From NCBI GenBank assembly GCA_965235115.1, contig OZ249436.1, positions 31,436,001-31,500,000 of the forward strand: 64,000 nt of DNA. The letters run 5' to 3'. Under the pieces are notes generated by a model. The model did not search any database, was not told the origin of the DNA, and saw only the letters and a list, made by a program, of their open reading frames with translations. The translations under genes and the position numbers were made by a program. The stretch comes from Laetmonice hystrix. Its lineage: Eukaryota. The first letter of the stretch is position 1, and every line of letters begins with the position of its first letter. Positions 1 through 14,600 of the stretch are shown one piece after another.

Positions 1-3000
1 CCCCATTTTTGGCATAGGGGCCTACTTTAGTACTTCACTACTTCACTCCACCAAAACATAGAACTCGAAAAGCCTATCGGAAATAGGCTGATTTTTCTTG
101 TATCGGGGGGGGGGGGAGGGGTGTAATAAGTTAAAACAAACCAAAACGTATAATATTGCGTGATAATGGTCAATATTTTGTGGAAATGTTCCTGTGGATC
201 CAGGATTTAGGAAAAGGGGAAGATCCAAGACAAGCCGACAAAATTAATTAAGGGGGCGGAGGGGGGGGCATGCAATCTTCCATAATGCAGAGGGGCGGGG
301 GGTCTAACAAGAGGGGGGGGGGACTGGCAAAATGAAGCTCTATCAGGAAGCTGTTTTTCTGTTGTTTTTATTAAATTGTTGTAAAATGGTCGCCTTCTGC
401 CTCTGCTTTCAAAAGGTGTTATGCATCCACGGGATACAATGTCTATATTTGTCTGACATGAACCCTAAGTTTTAGGTGCCAAATATTATAGCGCCATCTT
501 CCTTGATCTTCTGAGCAGCCTACTCCTCCCTAAAACGTTTTCTCCCAATATTAACATTTGAATTTCTATAATCTATCAACGAGGTGTAGACGTAGATCGG
601 CAGTCTTACCAGGGCAGAGGGACGACTTACGTCTCCATTAGGACCTACATGTCTAGGAGTTCAAACGGTTGGGGGCATTTTGTATGGTTCCGTAATTTAA
701 AACAAAGTGAACATCGAGAAACAAAAGGTGCAGTTTGTCCATTTCACCGACTATTAAACTTATCCCAGTTTTTATTAACATGCTCTGAAATCTTCTGGCT
801 ATGCTTTCGGGTACCAAATTTAACTTGTTAGTGGGAAGGACAACAATTTGTACCGGATATTATGATGTGATCAGCCAGACTCGACGCCTCAAAGAATTAC
901 GCTCATATTCAAGACTTCATATTTTCTTTTCTAAAAAGGTGAAATGTTAAAAACTTACGGCCAATATCCAAAATACGTGTGTGTGGATTATTGCTGGAAG
1001 GGTGCCTATTGTGTTTACTTATCTAATCACAAAAAAATATATACTGGAAAAGTATAGACTTAACAACGCACATGATAATATTTTGACACAGCTGTCCTTT
1101 ATATCATTTGGTAAAAAAGAATTCGACATGTCTATTGCATGCACATATAAAGGCCTGATAGAGCCTGACCCACTATATATTAGGTAACGTATACTATCAC
1201 ATCCATGGCTTGTCCTGAAGAATATCTTCACAATGGGGTATGACAAGTCAGCAAATATCGCTCATAATTTTATCAACCGCACACTTTGCAGACATTCGCA
1301 CACACGCTCACTACACAACAATGTAATAATAAAGTATTTGTAGTTTACGAAAAAAAAATGCAGTAGAGCCACACCGGCCATACGTCTTGCCTGTGCTCAA
1401 ACTGGCCACCCGCACCCTGAACAACGCCTTTTTATTGTACACACATTCTTAGGGAGCAGAGAATTGTCAACTCGCTCTACAAAACACACTAGGCTACTTG
1501 TACACTGCATCACAGTTTTTTTTCTCATGTTGGCTCCGTAACTTTGTATGTACCCAAGGCTCCCCATCTTACATCACTTATACAATAATTATAACCAGAC
1601 TTACTCTCAGGAATTACGTAATTGTATTTTGATACCAAAGCTAGATTCATTTTTAAGGTGGGCCTGCTTAGACTTACAGGACACCCCCCTTAATGTTTCA
1701 AGAGTGGCAAAAGATTGCGTTGAAGATGTAGCACAGATGTTGCAATGTAAAAGTTCTACGACTCCATTCTAAATGCGCCAAACGAGAATACATGGTCAGA
1801 ACGTGGTAGTACAGTACTAGGACCAGACAGAACGGAGGTCATTTTAAGGTCATTTACCCAGTGTATCGCTCCTGATACTACACAGTTAGAGGAGATTCAG
1901 TACATACTATTGACTTCACTCATCCCATTGTGAGCAGAGCATCTCTATATTAGAGCCTCTCAGTCAGTATACAGTCCTAACCGATTCTCTATTTTATCTT
2001 CTTTTTTTTAAGTTGAAAAACATAGGCAACAACCTTTCAGTAAAAGCACCAGCCTGGATGCCTCTCCCTGATACCATATACATGAAACCTATCAGTATAA
2101 ATCATATAAAAAAAAAATCAAATAAAATAATTCATCATTATTTATGATTTCTATTGAGTGTTTGCCTTTCCATAGGTAATACTTCTTACCTGCACCATGT
2201 TATTTGTAACCTTGGAATTACTGGAACAATAATTATTGTTCCATACACCATTTGAAGCTTACGAAGTCTTGATTTACTTTTTCAGTCACCGTACTTTCGG
2301 ATGCATGTCCAATTAGTATTCACAAGTAAACAAAAATAAACAATGTAAGAACCACGGTGAGAAGTTTACAAACCCGAATAATGATAAAGATTTATCCTTT
2401 TCCAGTCTTAAATCTCTAATGTCAACTTTTCTATCTTGGTTTATAAATTTCGACTTGTGCAACATATATGAAACCCCTTCACTCGGCATGCCTATTGTAT
2501 TTATCCTACTTATTTCTAATCACAACAACATGGAAGCCACCGTCTGTTACTTTCGGGTAATTATCCTGTGAGAGTATTTCCTAGTTTCAGTGCTGCAGGT
2601 ATTTAAATGGAAGCTATAACTTGGTAACTAATTCCTGGACTTTTATGAGACATATATGATATCTCAGGTATCTTGTGATTTCTCAATGCCCAGGCACGGT
2701 AAAGTCATGTATTCATGAATGACGTGGAACAACGGTTGTCTGGCTGGGTATTGAAATCAAGTGTTTTTTAACACTGGACCTTTCAACCGTGTCAGTAATC
2801 AGAAAACTATATTGAGCACAGTAAACGTTCAAAACCGGTCAATATATATTCATAAAGATAAATTACCTATAGACCTCATTCCTGACGACTATATTAAAAT
2901 TATACCACCATTTTCAATGATTGAAGTTCCATATGATCATGGGAAACAAAACTGAGCCGAGTGACAATACATAGTACTCACGTATTTTCACAATTAATGG

Positions 3001-3751
3001 CCATCTGCTTTCCATCTGGGATATTTCAGACCAACAATAATACCGATACATGCCAAAATATACAGACTATAATTATGAAACGACAACACTAACAACATAG
3101 AAACATTTCCTCTGGTTATTACAAGTAGATGGTCCTCTAATTTGAATGTAATTATTGGTTTCAAGCTTCTTCAACACCAAGAAAGCTTTGCATGCCTTCC
3201 TTTACAAATTCAAACTTTCATTTCGGGCCTTAATCAGATTCTCGTCTTAAGGGACAACAGAGATACCCGAGTACATTCCTTTGAAATTTTGTTTCTTTTC
3301 TTATTAAGGAAAAGGGGAAAGAATTGGCTCAACAATGGGAAGAGCTGTCCACTTGTTCTTTTCTTCATGGAAATATGCATACATTAATTAACAGGCCATT
3401 AGGTAAAATTCGAATGAACAATGCAATAAATAGGTATAAGTGTATAAGTCAGAAGTATACAAGATGTAGCACCCCCGCCGTTACTCGTGCCCCTTCTTTG
3501 TAGTACCTAATTACACCGGCAGGCGGTGCGCGATACCCGCATCCAGCTTACCGGTACATCGCCAGGGGGCGCGCTAATCGCAGGTGCCTTCTTTCATCAA
3601 TCTGGTGAAATTGGTGATAATTATTTTCATTTAAGTACACAAGTTGTAGAATTGCTCCTTCAAATATATACCAATAGATCTCAACTCTTCAGCCCACATC
3701 TTGGACAGGGGCAGAGATCTAAGTAACCAGTGGAGATAGATAGAAACTTAA

Positions 3752-4015
3752 AAGCATTCACCATTATCTCTTAGTTCCAATGACTCCAAAATAAAGACAT
3801 GGGCTACTAGGTTAGATAAGGTCTAATGTAAATGTAAATCAATAAATGTATACCCACAGAAATGAAGAAATCTAATGAAATTCAACATTCGACCTGCCTG
3901 TTGTTGCTATAAAGCGATCGTCTTATGGCTGGTTGTTGATTTATGTAGCTACCTAACCTAACAGCCAATGTCTTTATTTTGAAGTCCTTGAACTAAGAGA
4001 TAATCGTAAATGGAT
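3752..4015. mobile_element. Foldback MITE with TTAA target duplication (Kolobok-like)
   Basis: ~65-bp imperfect inverted arms (CATTATCTCTTAGTTCCAATGACTCCAAAATAAAGACAT / ATGTCTTTATTTTGAAGTCCTTGAACTAAGAGATAAT), TTAA on both sides. Confidence 0.65.
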
Positions 4016-4029
4016 TTAATAGTATCATA

Positions 4030-4510
4030 CAAGATGTCCCAAAAAAGGTACAACCATATTTACAGTTAAATCTGTGAGCTTTAACCAGGTCATAAAAAAA
4101 GATTCGAAGAACAGTGAAGTTGATATCGTCCCCATCGGTTAATCTGTTCAAGAACTACATTATTTTATGTCCAGTAAAATGGTCAATAGGATACAACACG
4201 ATCAGCTCATGTTGAAATTGTTAATGAAATGCAGAGTAATGATTTAAATTAATGAGTGCAAAAAAAGAAACAATAATTCACAAACACAGCCAAAAGTACG
4301 TCATAATCTAAACCCCTAAATAGCCATTTTGTACTGTGAAGACAACCTTTTGAAGACAAACCAAGAAAATCGTTTCGACGTTTAAATGTATGATTTTGAT
4401 GAATATAAAATGATTCAAGTCATCAAAGAATAAACTAAATAGGATTAACTCAAGACATGTTTTCTTGGGAAAGGACCTGTAAATATGCTGGACTTTTTTC
4501 AGACACCCTG
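4030..4510. mobile_element. Tc1/mariner-like MITE
   Basis: TA|CAAGATGTCCCAAAAAAG ... CTTTTTTCAGACACCCTG|TA. Confidence 0.65.
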
Positions 4511-5238
4511 TATACGAAAGTAACCGGGTCGCTTTAACGTTTGATTTCACCGCAACACATTGCAGTTTGTTGATCAGCTAAGTCACCACCATGCATTATC
4601 AAAAAGTACCACTCTACTCGAACCCCTGACATTACTCCTACTTCATCAGCAATACTAGGTTCTTTCCATTAATGTGAAAAAAAAATACTTATTCCTATCT
4701 GAGATGGTTAAAAATGCATCACCGATATAAAACAATCGACATGGAAGGCTATTCATTAATCACCCGATCGGGTATTTACCCCTTACCAGTAGAAAAGGCG
4801 CACGTGGCTTCACTGCTCCATACGATTATAACCAATTAACAGCCTCGCCAAATGCTAATAAGTTAACAGGAGTCAGACTTGGTGATCTCCTTACAGATAT
4901 AATGAACCCTGATTAATCAACTGCTCTCAAGTGTTCACGAGGTTTTCTCGTCGGTATTGGAAGTGTTCTCAGTCGGAGAGCTCATTGTGGTAAATGTAGA
5001 CATCTAATGGAAGGTAGGAAGTGGGTGGGTATTTATCAGAGGTTGGTAGTTGGACACACTTTGGGAAGACCTACCAGGCTTTGCAAAAAGTTCAGGCTTC
5101 ACACACCATCACTGGCCTCTTCATGTATTGGCACTGGTAGTCAAGGTTGATACAGTGAGCACTGACTGTCAAGGAGAACAACTTTTGGTTATGCAACCGA
5201 CTTTAAACCGAGAGCTCACCGACCTGAGACTGAGAGCT

Positions 5239-5376
5239 GGGTGTGGGTGTGGGTGTGGGTGTGGGTGTGGGTGTGGGTGTGGGTGTGGGTGTGGGTGTGG
5301 GTGTGGGTGTGGGTGTGGGTGTGGGTGTGGGTGTGGGTGTGGGTGTGGGTGTGGGTGTGGGTGTGGGTGTGGGTGT
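5239..5376 (+). repeat. (GGGTGT)23 microsatellite
   Basis: Perfect hexamer array; it produces the spurious PT- and GC-repeat ORFs. Confidence 0.97.
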
Positions 5377-8214
5377 GTTGTTCATCCTAGACTAGTTTGT
5401 TGAGTGACAACTCCTGGAACCCGGTAAAGTTTTAACCATTAGGGAAGGACCATGCAAGGAGGGGCATTAAAAGGGTGCATTTCTCAGACTTTCCCAGTGT
5501 ATTAATGCGAGTATCACAGGCAAACGTCGTGTCACTAAACCTCCCTCCAATTCCAGACACCTTGAAGACCTGGTCATCGTTTTCCTTGAGCCAGAAATAT
5601 TCTTGCCTTACAAACGGTAAGAAACAGCGTGGTTGTCTAACCATTCAGCACCGTCAGACATACCACCAATACGTACCAAACATACATGTACTCTACAAAT
5701 TATTCACATACTATGCAATGCCTGTATTCCGATGGCATAAGGTCTGCCTTGAGGTAATGTACCTACCTTGTAAACACTCAAACTTTCCTTCCCTTGAAAT
5801 CAGTTAATTCTTTTGTAGCAGAAGAGATTTGTCAGTTCTGTAACTATTTAAATTTTGAGAAAGTACATAAATAAAACTGTAGACATTGTCAAAATGAAGG
5901 GCCTAAAAAACCTTGGGGGTTTATAGTTCCAGTAACACGTCCCGACCAAGTATATGCTGAACCATCATTCCAGATACATGGCTAACTGCCCTTTGACACA
6001 ACACCATACGTGTCAAGTCAAAACAGGACTGATTATAGACTGCGCACGCTTCTTTTATAGAAGTACTCTCCTAAATTCCACGTTTTCTAATCCTCGTGAG
6101 CATCTATTGTCTGTAGGCATTCCTTCTACTTAAATATTGGTACACCCCCGTTTGGCTGGTTGGCCATGTTCACACGTCTTGCACTCAACATGTTTCATAG
6201 CACGTATTACCACTGAAAGCTGTGGGCATCTGTTCATCATGTCTTTATAAAACATGGTTGAATTGCATATCAACCAGCATTATCACTAGCTGCTTTCTTC
6301 CTGCTCAATACCGGGGTCTTGTTGGCTGGTACACTAATCCTCATATTATTTCTCCATATACAGGCTATGCCAGTAGGTATCTGGTATCTAAGTAACCTAA
6401 TCAGCCATCCAAGCTACTACTTATCTAATGCCGAGTCATCATAATGGGCAATTTTACGAAAAGGTGAACCAGTACCACAGAATATTAGTATTTTGAATTT
6501 CTAATAAATAAGAGTCATGAGAAGATGGCAATGTCCCTGAAAGAAAGTCCAAATCTATACCCTCTCATGAGCTGGACCAAAAACGACCTTTCAATAATTG
6601 GCATGTCAGAGGTATTAACTGAGATGATATTACGTTATTTTTTATCAATGTTAAGTAAGATTAACATTTAAACAACGTTTTTCTTGTTTTCTTCATTTTG
6701 AGCCAAAACACTAGTGCGTCCCCTGGTGCAAAATACCAAATACTTCATTAATAGCGTAAATGATACTTTTTTCTCATTTTGATTTTGGGGATTTTGGAGC
6801 TGGCTATAGAAACCTGGAAAAAGAAGTTCCATTTCAACCTGAATAAAATCAAGGTGAGAGCAAGGAATCCTATTAGGAGGTCTCAAGTTAAGGATTCTAC
6901 AATATATGTTAAACTTACTAGTATTGCTAAGACTGTATAATTCAAATGTTGGTACATGGTAGTTCTTTTAGAATAATTTCTATATGTGAGATTCTGTAAA
7001 TATATATACGAAAACTCATCAATATAACTTTTAAAGTTTCATTGTTTCACAGAACAATCAGGAAAAGGATTTTTGGACACTTCTGGCCTTAAGAATTGCT
7101 TAAATTGAAATTCCTCAGTTACAATCCCCTCCTAATATTAATTCAAATATTTTGAAAAGCCAATAGAAGTTTGGATGAATTAGTTGCTGTTAATAGCGGA
7201 ATTGTTTATATCTTTCACCAGACACTCCATTTGGGCCCTTCCAATTCCCATCGTATTCCTCGTATTTTTTTGTCTAAATCTGCCAGACATGTAACGATAA
7301 AACAATTGCTACCTGAGCTTCAGAGAATGAGCCAAAACACCACATTAAGTAAAGCAACAAAAATGATTTTCCTTCTCTCTCTGCTACTACTGCCCATCTA
7401 CAGTTCTATACTAATATATTTATCCAAATGATTGTCTCAAGCTGAAGAAAGTATCTTACGCAAAACTCAAATTTCAGAGGTTACAGCCCATTTGACATAT
7501 TTGTATCCTTTCACAGCTAATCTCCAGATTTGTCAGAGTATCTGGGCTGGCAGTCAACCTACTATTCGGTTGGATCACAATGGAGATGGGGGGGGGGTAT
7601 AATTTACTGTAATATATTCTGAGGTTATTACTGGTCTCAACCTACACAACATATCTGGTACCGACACTGTTACAGACTTTTACACCGATGATCAGTCTCA
7701 ATGGTACTGTCATTTTGATAATATATATTATATGCATATGTACGCTTGTAAACATGAAGTACTGAACTTATATGTAAACTGATGCCGGCCCAGCGGAAAT
7801 ACTGCAATGAACACATGGGTTGACTAGCAGATTCAAATGGGCACCTGCAGGTTCCAAGGCATGCAAAAAGATGCATCACACACACTCAAATAACAAGGAA
7901 TTGTTGCATCTAGCCACCCAACTGATTCACAACATTGGTCCGCAGGTGCCACTGACCTGCACAGATGTATATGTAATGTAATATATATATATATAATACC
8001 ATAACAAGGATTGCGGCACTGATACCAAGCCTACTCCATGGTTGGAAAAAAAAAACTTGCCAAGGCATAGTGGACATCACGATTCCAAGTCAATCTCTTG
8101 CCCCCACATGAGGTACCCTACCTTTGGCTTGCCCTGACTCAATTCTAGGTTACAATAATTGTTCGGACCTCACGGGCCACTGGGCCACTGGGCCACAAAC
8201 AGAGAAATAACCAA

Positions 8215-8220
8215 TTTATT
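8215..8220 (-). terminator. Probable USP22 polyadenylation signal
   Basis: AATAAA on the minus strand ~440 nt after the stop, followed by a T/GT-rich downstream element (GGTTATTTCTCTGTTTGTGG). Confidence 0.5.
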
Positions 8221-8656
8221 TCTAACAACAAAATTGGTGACCCCCCCTGGATGCACCACCGGTGGGGTATACTATCACCATGACAACACATTTCCCTTTT
8301 GGACAAGGGCACACACTGATCACCCCACATTCCTTTTGATGATGTGGAACAGGGGGTGAATAAGATTTGCACAAAATGACTTACTCTCTTTCTTTTTTTT
8401 CTCTCTTTCTACTTCAGATATACAAACACCCGCAAGGGCGAATCACAAGCTAGCCGCCGTCGTCGTCGCCACTAGCAAGGCAGCGGGACGCGAGCTGGCT
8501 GCATGGTCGTAGTGATGAGTGGCAAACTTTTGGCATCGAGGGGCAGGCCTGAGGGAACGCACACAGACATGCTGACGGCATCCGTTGTCACCAGCAGTGG
8601 TTCTCAATGCCCCTCCTAGGTGGCAGCACAGTCAAGTTGAGCAGTGCCTGCAGGCT

Positions 8657-8699
8657 TCATTCATACTCTAATATTTGCTTGTGGTAGAATAGCAGGTAC
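8657..8699 (-). CDS. USP22: USP22 last coding exon ([13 protein letters not shown])
   Basis: TTTCCAG acceptor; TGA at 8657-8659. Confidence 0.95.
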
Positions 8700-11600
8700 C
8701 TGGAAAGGAAAACAACGTGTTTATATCTTTGTCAATCAAAAACGACAATTCCTACGGAAACTTTACTCCGACATATTCCTGTTAACCCTTTCGGGATGGG
8801 CCCCTTGTGGCCCAGACGTGCACTAGTGACAACGTAACAATTGCGTGAATGTGCCATAAGGACGGGCCATTCTGGGCGGCCACATGTGTTAACGGATTGC
8901 CTTCCATGCTTCCAATCACTGTCATCCCCAGAAAAATGATCCATGTTTTAGACAAAAGTAGGGATTTGAGTCTAGAGTTGGTCTAGGTCCAGCGCAGCTA
9001 GCACTCAATTGTGACGTTATGTCACAGCGCGGCGCTGTTGCTCTATACACAATGGGCTCTGACGTAAGTCAAATGATGCCTCAAGGCATCATCCGGCCCC
9101 CGCCCGGGAATGCCTCAGGGCATCATCCGGCCCCCGCCCGGGAATGCCTCAAGGCATCACCCGTCCTTAATGGGTTAACGGCATTACCTTTCACTGACAG
9201 CAACAGGACCGGTAACAATAGACACCACTTTAATTGTCACTAAATCCTGATAATGATGGCAAAATCTCTCGCCAGGTCTCCCTCCCTGTACTAATGTACT
9301 ACCAGAATATATATTACTGGTATTCAAGACCCGTAACCAGATATATTATCCATGGAAAGTAATCCTACACGTCCTCCACCATGCCCTGACTTACCCTTCA
9401 CTCCTAATGACTTCCTCCAGGCTGGCCTTACAGATAAGGTGGTCCTCACACCTGAACCAGAAGTTCTTGTGTTGCCGGATGTAGCAGGTGTAGTGGCCAG
9501 AATCAGCAGTGCCACGATGATTCACAACCGCATAGAGGGAATACCTGTATATATCACGTATATATATCACACATCTTTACCACTAACATGGCCACAAGTT
9601 TCCTAACATTTTTTTATTATAGGAATAATATGTTTTTTTAATGAATCCTATAGTTAACAGATCAATACATGGGTTATTTCCAATTACAGTGCGGTACACA
9701 TGAAAAGACTAAAAGTTAATTGACAGTAACTCTATGGTTGTTTGCTTGGTTCGTTAAGAACTGGTAGTATGTTGGTGTCTGGGGTGACCTACTTGTATTC
9801 ACTAGACAGAGAGGAAGCAGCCTCTTGGACGACCTGATGGGTGTATCCGTTGTTATGGTTACGAGATGAAGACATGAAAGGCGTCATGTCAAGCTCCTCA
9901 GGAAATGACACAAACTTAGAGATCTTTTTGTGGTAACCAGTGGAATGCTCAAATCGCTGTAAAACAAATATAGGCAAAGTAAAAATAAAATACCCGGTAC
10001 TCAACAAGCTCGCTCATAGCATATTTGTTGACGGTCATGGTAACTTCAAGAGAAAGATGCTCTGGTGAAATGAGGACTACATCTTTGCCAGAACTAGATA
10101 AGGAAATTGCCATTTCAATTATCAGAACCTTATCTGGCCTTCAAAAGTAATTGGCCATACAAACAGCAAACTAAATCACATACCCTTTAATATAAGTTTA
10201 TCAACATGAGCATGAAGTAACCAGAGACAATGTTTTCTTGGCAGATGTGAAGTTTACATAAATTTACAAGATTCAAAACAAAATCAACTATTTAAATCGA
10301 CTGATCAAAAAATAAATTGCCACAGAAGCTTCTGTCTTCTTTCACATCACACTATTTGACCGAGACAAGCAATAAGAAATAAAACACCGACCAGTACCTG
10401 AGAGACAAACTCACAAAGCAATACAGCATAATCAGAACCTTAAAGGGATGTAAGTGCAATTTAATTTTTTACTGAAATTTCTCCCGAAGCTTAGCAGTGT
10501 TCCTTTATATATACAGACCTTTCCATCCTCGGCACTATTTTACTTTAGTAACCGTCTATTCGCCTGTAATAATCACAAATTCAGAGCCAGGCAGGTCTAA
10601 CAGAATTTCATTCACTCCGAATGAACTTGTTCTGTTTACATTCTCCCTCAAGCACAGAACTGGTTGCAGAGTGCATGATGGGGGAAAACAAGAAGCTTCT
10701 GAATCCATCTTGGCGAGCAAGTCACATAAAATAACAGAAAAGAATGCAACAAACGAATTCCCCATCATATTAGAGGTTTATCCATGGTTTTTATTGGTGG
10801 CCACATTGAGAAATGGAAGCATTTCTCGTTTTACGGCAAGTTCTTGGACTCAAGAAGCCGACAATATTGGAGTTGCTGTAGCCTAGGTTAACTCTGTGTG
10901 ACAGGCCTCGACTCCCAGCAACAGGCCCAAAGTCCCGTGATGGATTTCCCCTCTCAAATTCAAATTTCAGATCAGCGTCGACAGGATGAACTATTTATCT
11001 ATTGTCGTTTTCAAATGAAAACTAGGTAGACATGTGCTTCCTTACTACAGATGATCTCAACTACAGATGATCTCAAATGCATCTTAGACACGCAATGGTA
11101 GATATAGGTAGGAACTGGTTTATTTTTTATGTATAGGTTACACTTACATCCCTTTAAAACTAAAAGTACTCGCCGGTACTAAATCATTTTCTTACCTTTA
11201 GATGGAAACATGCTACAAGTGGCAATTTTTTCATGGTGAGTTGCTTAGTTGATTCTTGGTAACTCTTGCAGTTACTACATTTGATCTTGGCGGAACTACC
11301 GAGGTGTTCTGGCTGAGTGAATCTGTAGTTAAATTTAACAAAAAGCTATGAAGGAAAATTTGCATATATCTTAAACAGTGCTCTCGAAAAGTTTTAAGAG
11401 GCATCAAACATTTCGTCTGACATTGAGCAGCCAAACATAAGACATTTTTGGTCAACATCAGATATCACAATCAACCTTCACATAAATGATCATTTCTTTA
11501 ACCAGTTATTATTTACATATTTGTACCAGTTATATTGTTTGAAGTTGTTTACTATCCAGAACAGATAAACTGCATAGGAATTCATCAATAAATAGGCAGA

Positions 11601-14600
11601 GAATGTATGTCACATAGGGATGCATATTATTGTTTGCAATTATGCGATACTGATACTTTTTGTGATACTGGGTTAAATACCGATACCCAACCGATACATA
11701 TCACGATACCTACATAGTTCCATACGTAGACTAGTAAGGTTCTATTTTGCCCAGGTTAGTGGCCATTACTTGATCCCATCCATACATATTTACACCCAAG
11801 TGTAGCTATGCATGAAAAATACCTTTATTTGTTTTTAGTTGATGTTTGTTCGTTGACAAACACGATCAATTCGAAGTATTTCCGGAGGTTTTGGGGGGGG
11901 TGAAATAAAGTGTAACTACAGGTAAGTTTAACTGGGTCCCGGTATGCATCCCAAATGTCACAAACAGAAAACCTATGGCAATGCTCTGCCAAGTGTCCAA
12001 CTATCTGAAGTTCAGAACATCAATTTTAGTCTCAAAATCAAGACTCAGTGACATTCAGGATCTCCCCACACGGGCTGCAAGTGCACGCCTGACAAGATGA
12101 CCGACGCCGAAAAACGTGGGACAATGTGTTTCATAAACACAAAAGAAAATTAGAAAAATGATATCTTCAAGAGTAAAGGTCAGGGTTTCCGCCAGAAAAA
12201 AAAATTAGGGTACGGACCAGAGGGGTTAGGGTTAGCCTGTAACTGCCGTTACAAATATGTGAATTAATCAAATAAAGACTGCATATATCGGGTGGATAAA
12301 AAAAAACGCCCCGAACTTTAAACTTTAATATCTCAAAAAGTATGCATTATAATTCAAAAAAATTTCTCTTAATATCACTTCATGATATTATCTCTGGTAT
12401 GTTAAAGTCTCAGCTCAATGGCTTTGATATTAATCCCGTGACGCTAAAAACAAAAATCAGTGTCTAAAAACGCAATGCCGGAATTAGGTCAAATATCATG
12501 CAGCTGCCAGGTGTCCAATTTGACACCTGTTTGATGCACCGCATTGTACCTTGGGTAAAAAAAATCAATATTTAGTTTTTGCATGTTTTACAATATGTAT
12601 CATGTTGTGGACCACTAGATATAATAAAATATATGTGCTATTCCTAGTACTTTTAGAGAAAACAGATGTTTAATGTGCCAAACCCTACAGAGAAACTGCA
12701 ACATTAGGACGATTATGACTGTAACGAGAAGTTCAAGGGAAATCGTATCATTATCACGTTTAGCAACACATTCAGAACGTTGCGTATTTCCCAATGTTGG
12801 GAAGATATTTCACTATCAGAGATCAGGAAGTGCATTGGCTCATGGAAAGTATGGAGTGAAAACGGGGGACCGATTGACCACCTACTCTAGTGTGAGGCCA
12901 GGGACTCCGGGTGCGACTACAACTCGCTTTAGGCCGGCATTGCGCTTTTGTACAATGATTTTTGTTTTTAGCCCCACGGAACTATTATCCAAGCTATTGA
13001 GTTGTAACATTAACAACTAAGAGACAACATCATGAAGTGATATTAAGAAAAATTTCATTAATTTACAATCATTACTTTTTGAAATATTGAAGTTTAAAGT
13101 TTGGGGCGGTTTTTTTTATCCACCCGATATATACTGTACAACATTATATTTGAATCCTTCAAGTTGCTCAAGGCATCATCACTGACATCCGGAGGTTTTT
13201 ATCACTTCATGGAAAAATAGTTACCCAACGATTTTTAGGATACGGATCCGTACCCTGGGAAAATTTTAGGGTACAGAATTTTACCCATTTTACCCTCTGG
13301 CGGAAACCCTGAAGGTGACTAACCAGATTGAGTAACTCACCTTCTCAAGCAGCTTGTCAGTGAGGTAGGTTCATCTAGATTCTCGATTCCGTTAGAATAC
13401 TCTGAAAGAGGTACACCTGGAATTCAGCAAAACACTGTTGACACATACAACATAGACAACACAACTGTCATCCCACATCATTTCTCACGCACCTTCTATC
13501 AACTGATCTAAAATCATCTCCACACACATACACAAGACACTTTGGACAAGACGAGACATATCTTGATGAGGCATGTGGAACAGTTTAGTTACAGTAAGTA
13601 CATTTGAGCAAGTCTGCAGAAATTGGGATAGGTACTGGTAATTATAGACAGTAAGCAATACAACATCTAGTATGGTCCCCTCGAAAAGTAGCTAGCCTTG
13701 AATGTATATTTATAAGTACCGTATTATAGCGATTTTTTCTCTCTAAATTTTCTGTGAAATTTTATGGGCAACATTTTGTTAGGTTAGATTTTAGGTTGGA
13801 AATCTGGATACTATACACAGAGATGTACTAGATGCACAGTGCAAGCGCAATCAATAACCTAAATCCAGCTCTATTATTTGGGGCCAATAGAATGTCTTAC
13901 CATCTGGTGGGCCGAGGTCTAATGATATGTCCCAAAATGGATCTATTGTTGTCGACACATACCTGCAAGATAAGGATCCATGTGCACAATTTACTAAGGA
14001 TTCTAAAATTACAGGTGAAGTTCTGGCAATATATCTATTTTACTAAATATATAGTATTACACATATCTGAGTAATACAGAACAGGTGATTCAACACATAT
14101 TTAATCCTAAATGGATATCAATTAAGACTAAAGAATGCTGTACAACCTGCACATTCCATCAACTTCAACTATCCATATTTTCACCAGGCCTTATAATGCT
14201 CAATTATACCTCTCACATCAATGATGATTCAGAAATTTGTAATGTGGCCTAAATAGAAAAATCATCAATTCAGTCATGGAGAACTGTTCTTACTTGCACT
14301 GTTGACAAGTGACATCAGACTGGAGACCTCCTGTGAATATTTGATCTATAATACAGTTGCAGTGGTGGGGATTATTACTAGACATACCATTGGTACCTGA
14401 AAGGAAAACCTCAAAGTTAGTATTGAAATTAATTTTTTTTTTAATTCATGGATTCATGTTTAAACTAACCAGGGCTTGAAAAATATGTGCGCCAACTCAC
14501 TTTTGGCATGAGAAATTAAAATGTTGGCAAATAAAATAATAATGTTTGATGAGGCTGGATGAGATTGCTGGCGAGTAGATTTCCCTGACTAGGCACTGAC

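Noticed and set aside
3467..3576. Possible TAGC...GCTA Academ-like mini-element
   Set aside because: The inverted ends are short and imperfect, and no target duplication could be identified.
5050..5403. ORFs with GC- and PT-dipeptide repeats
   Set aside because: Translations of the (GGGTGT)n microsatellite; no splice or coding context.
1400..8200. Additional gene or very long USP22 3'UTR
   Set aside because: No consistent exon chain was found. A distal minus-strand AATAAA at ~1431 is suggestive, but sequence alone cannot support it.
10497..10886. 129-aa and 70-aa ORFs in USP22 intron 10
   Set aside because: They lie wholly within a TTAA-flanked non-autonomous element and show no recognisable motifs.
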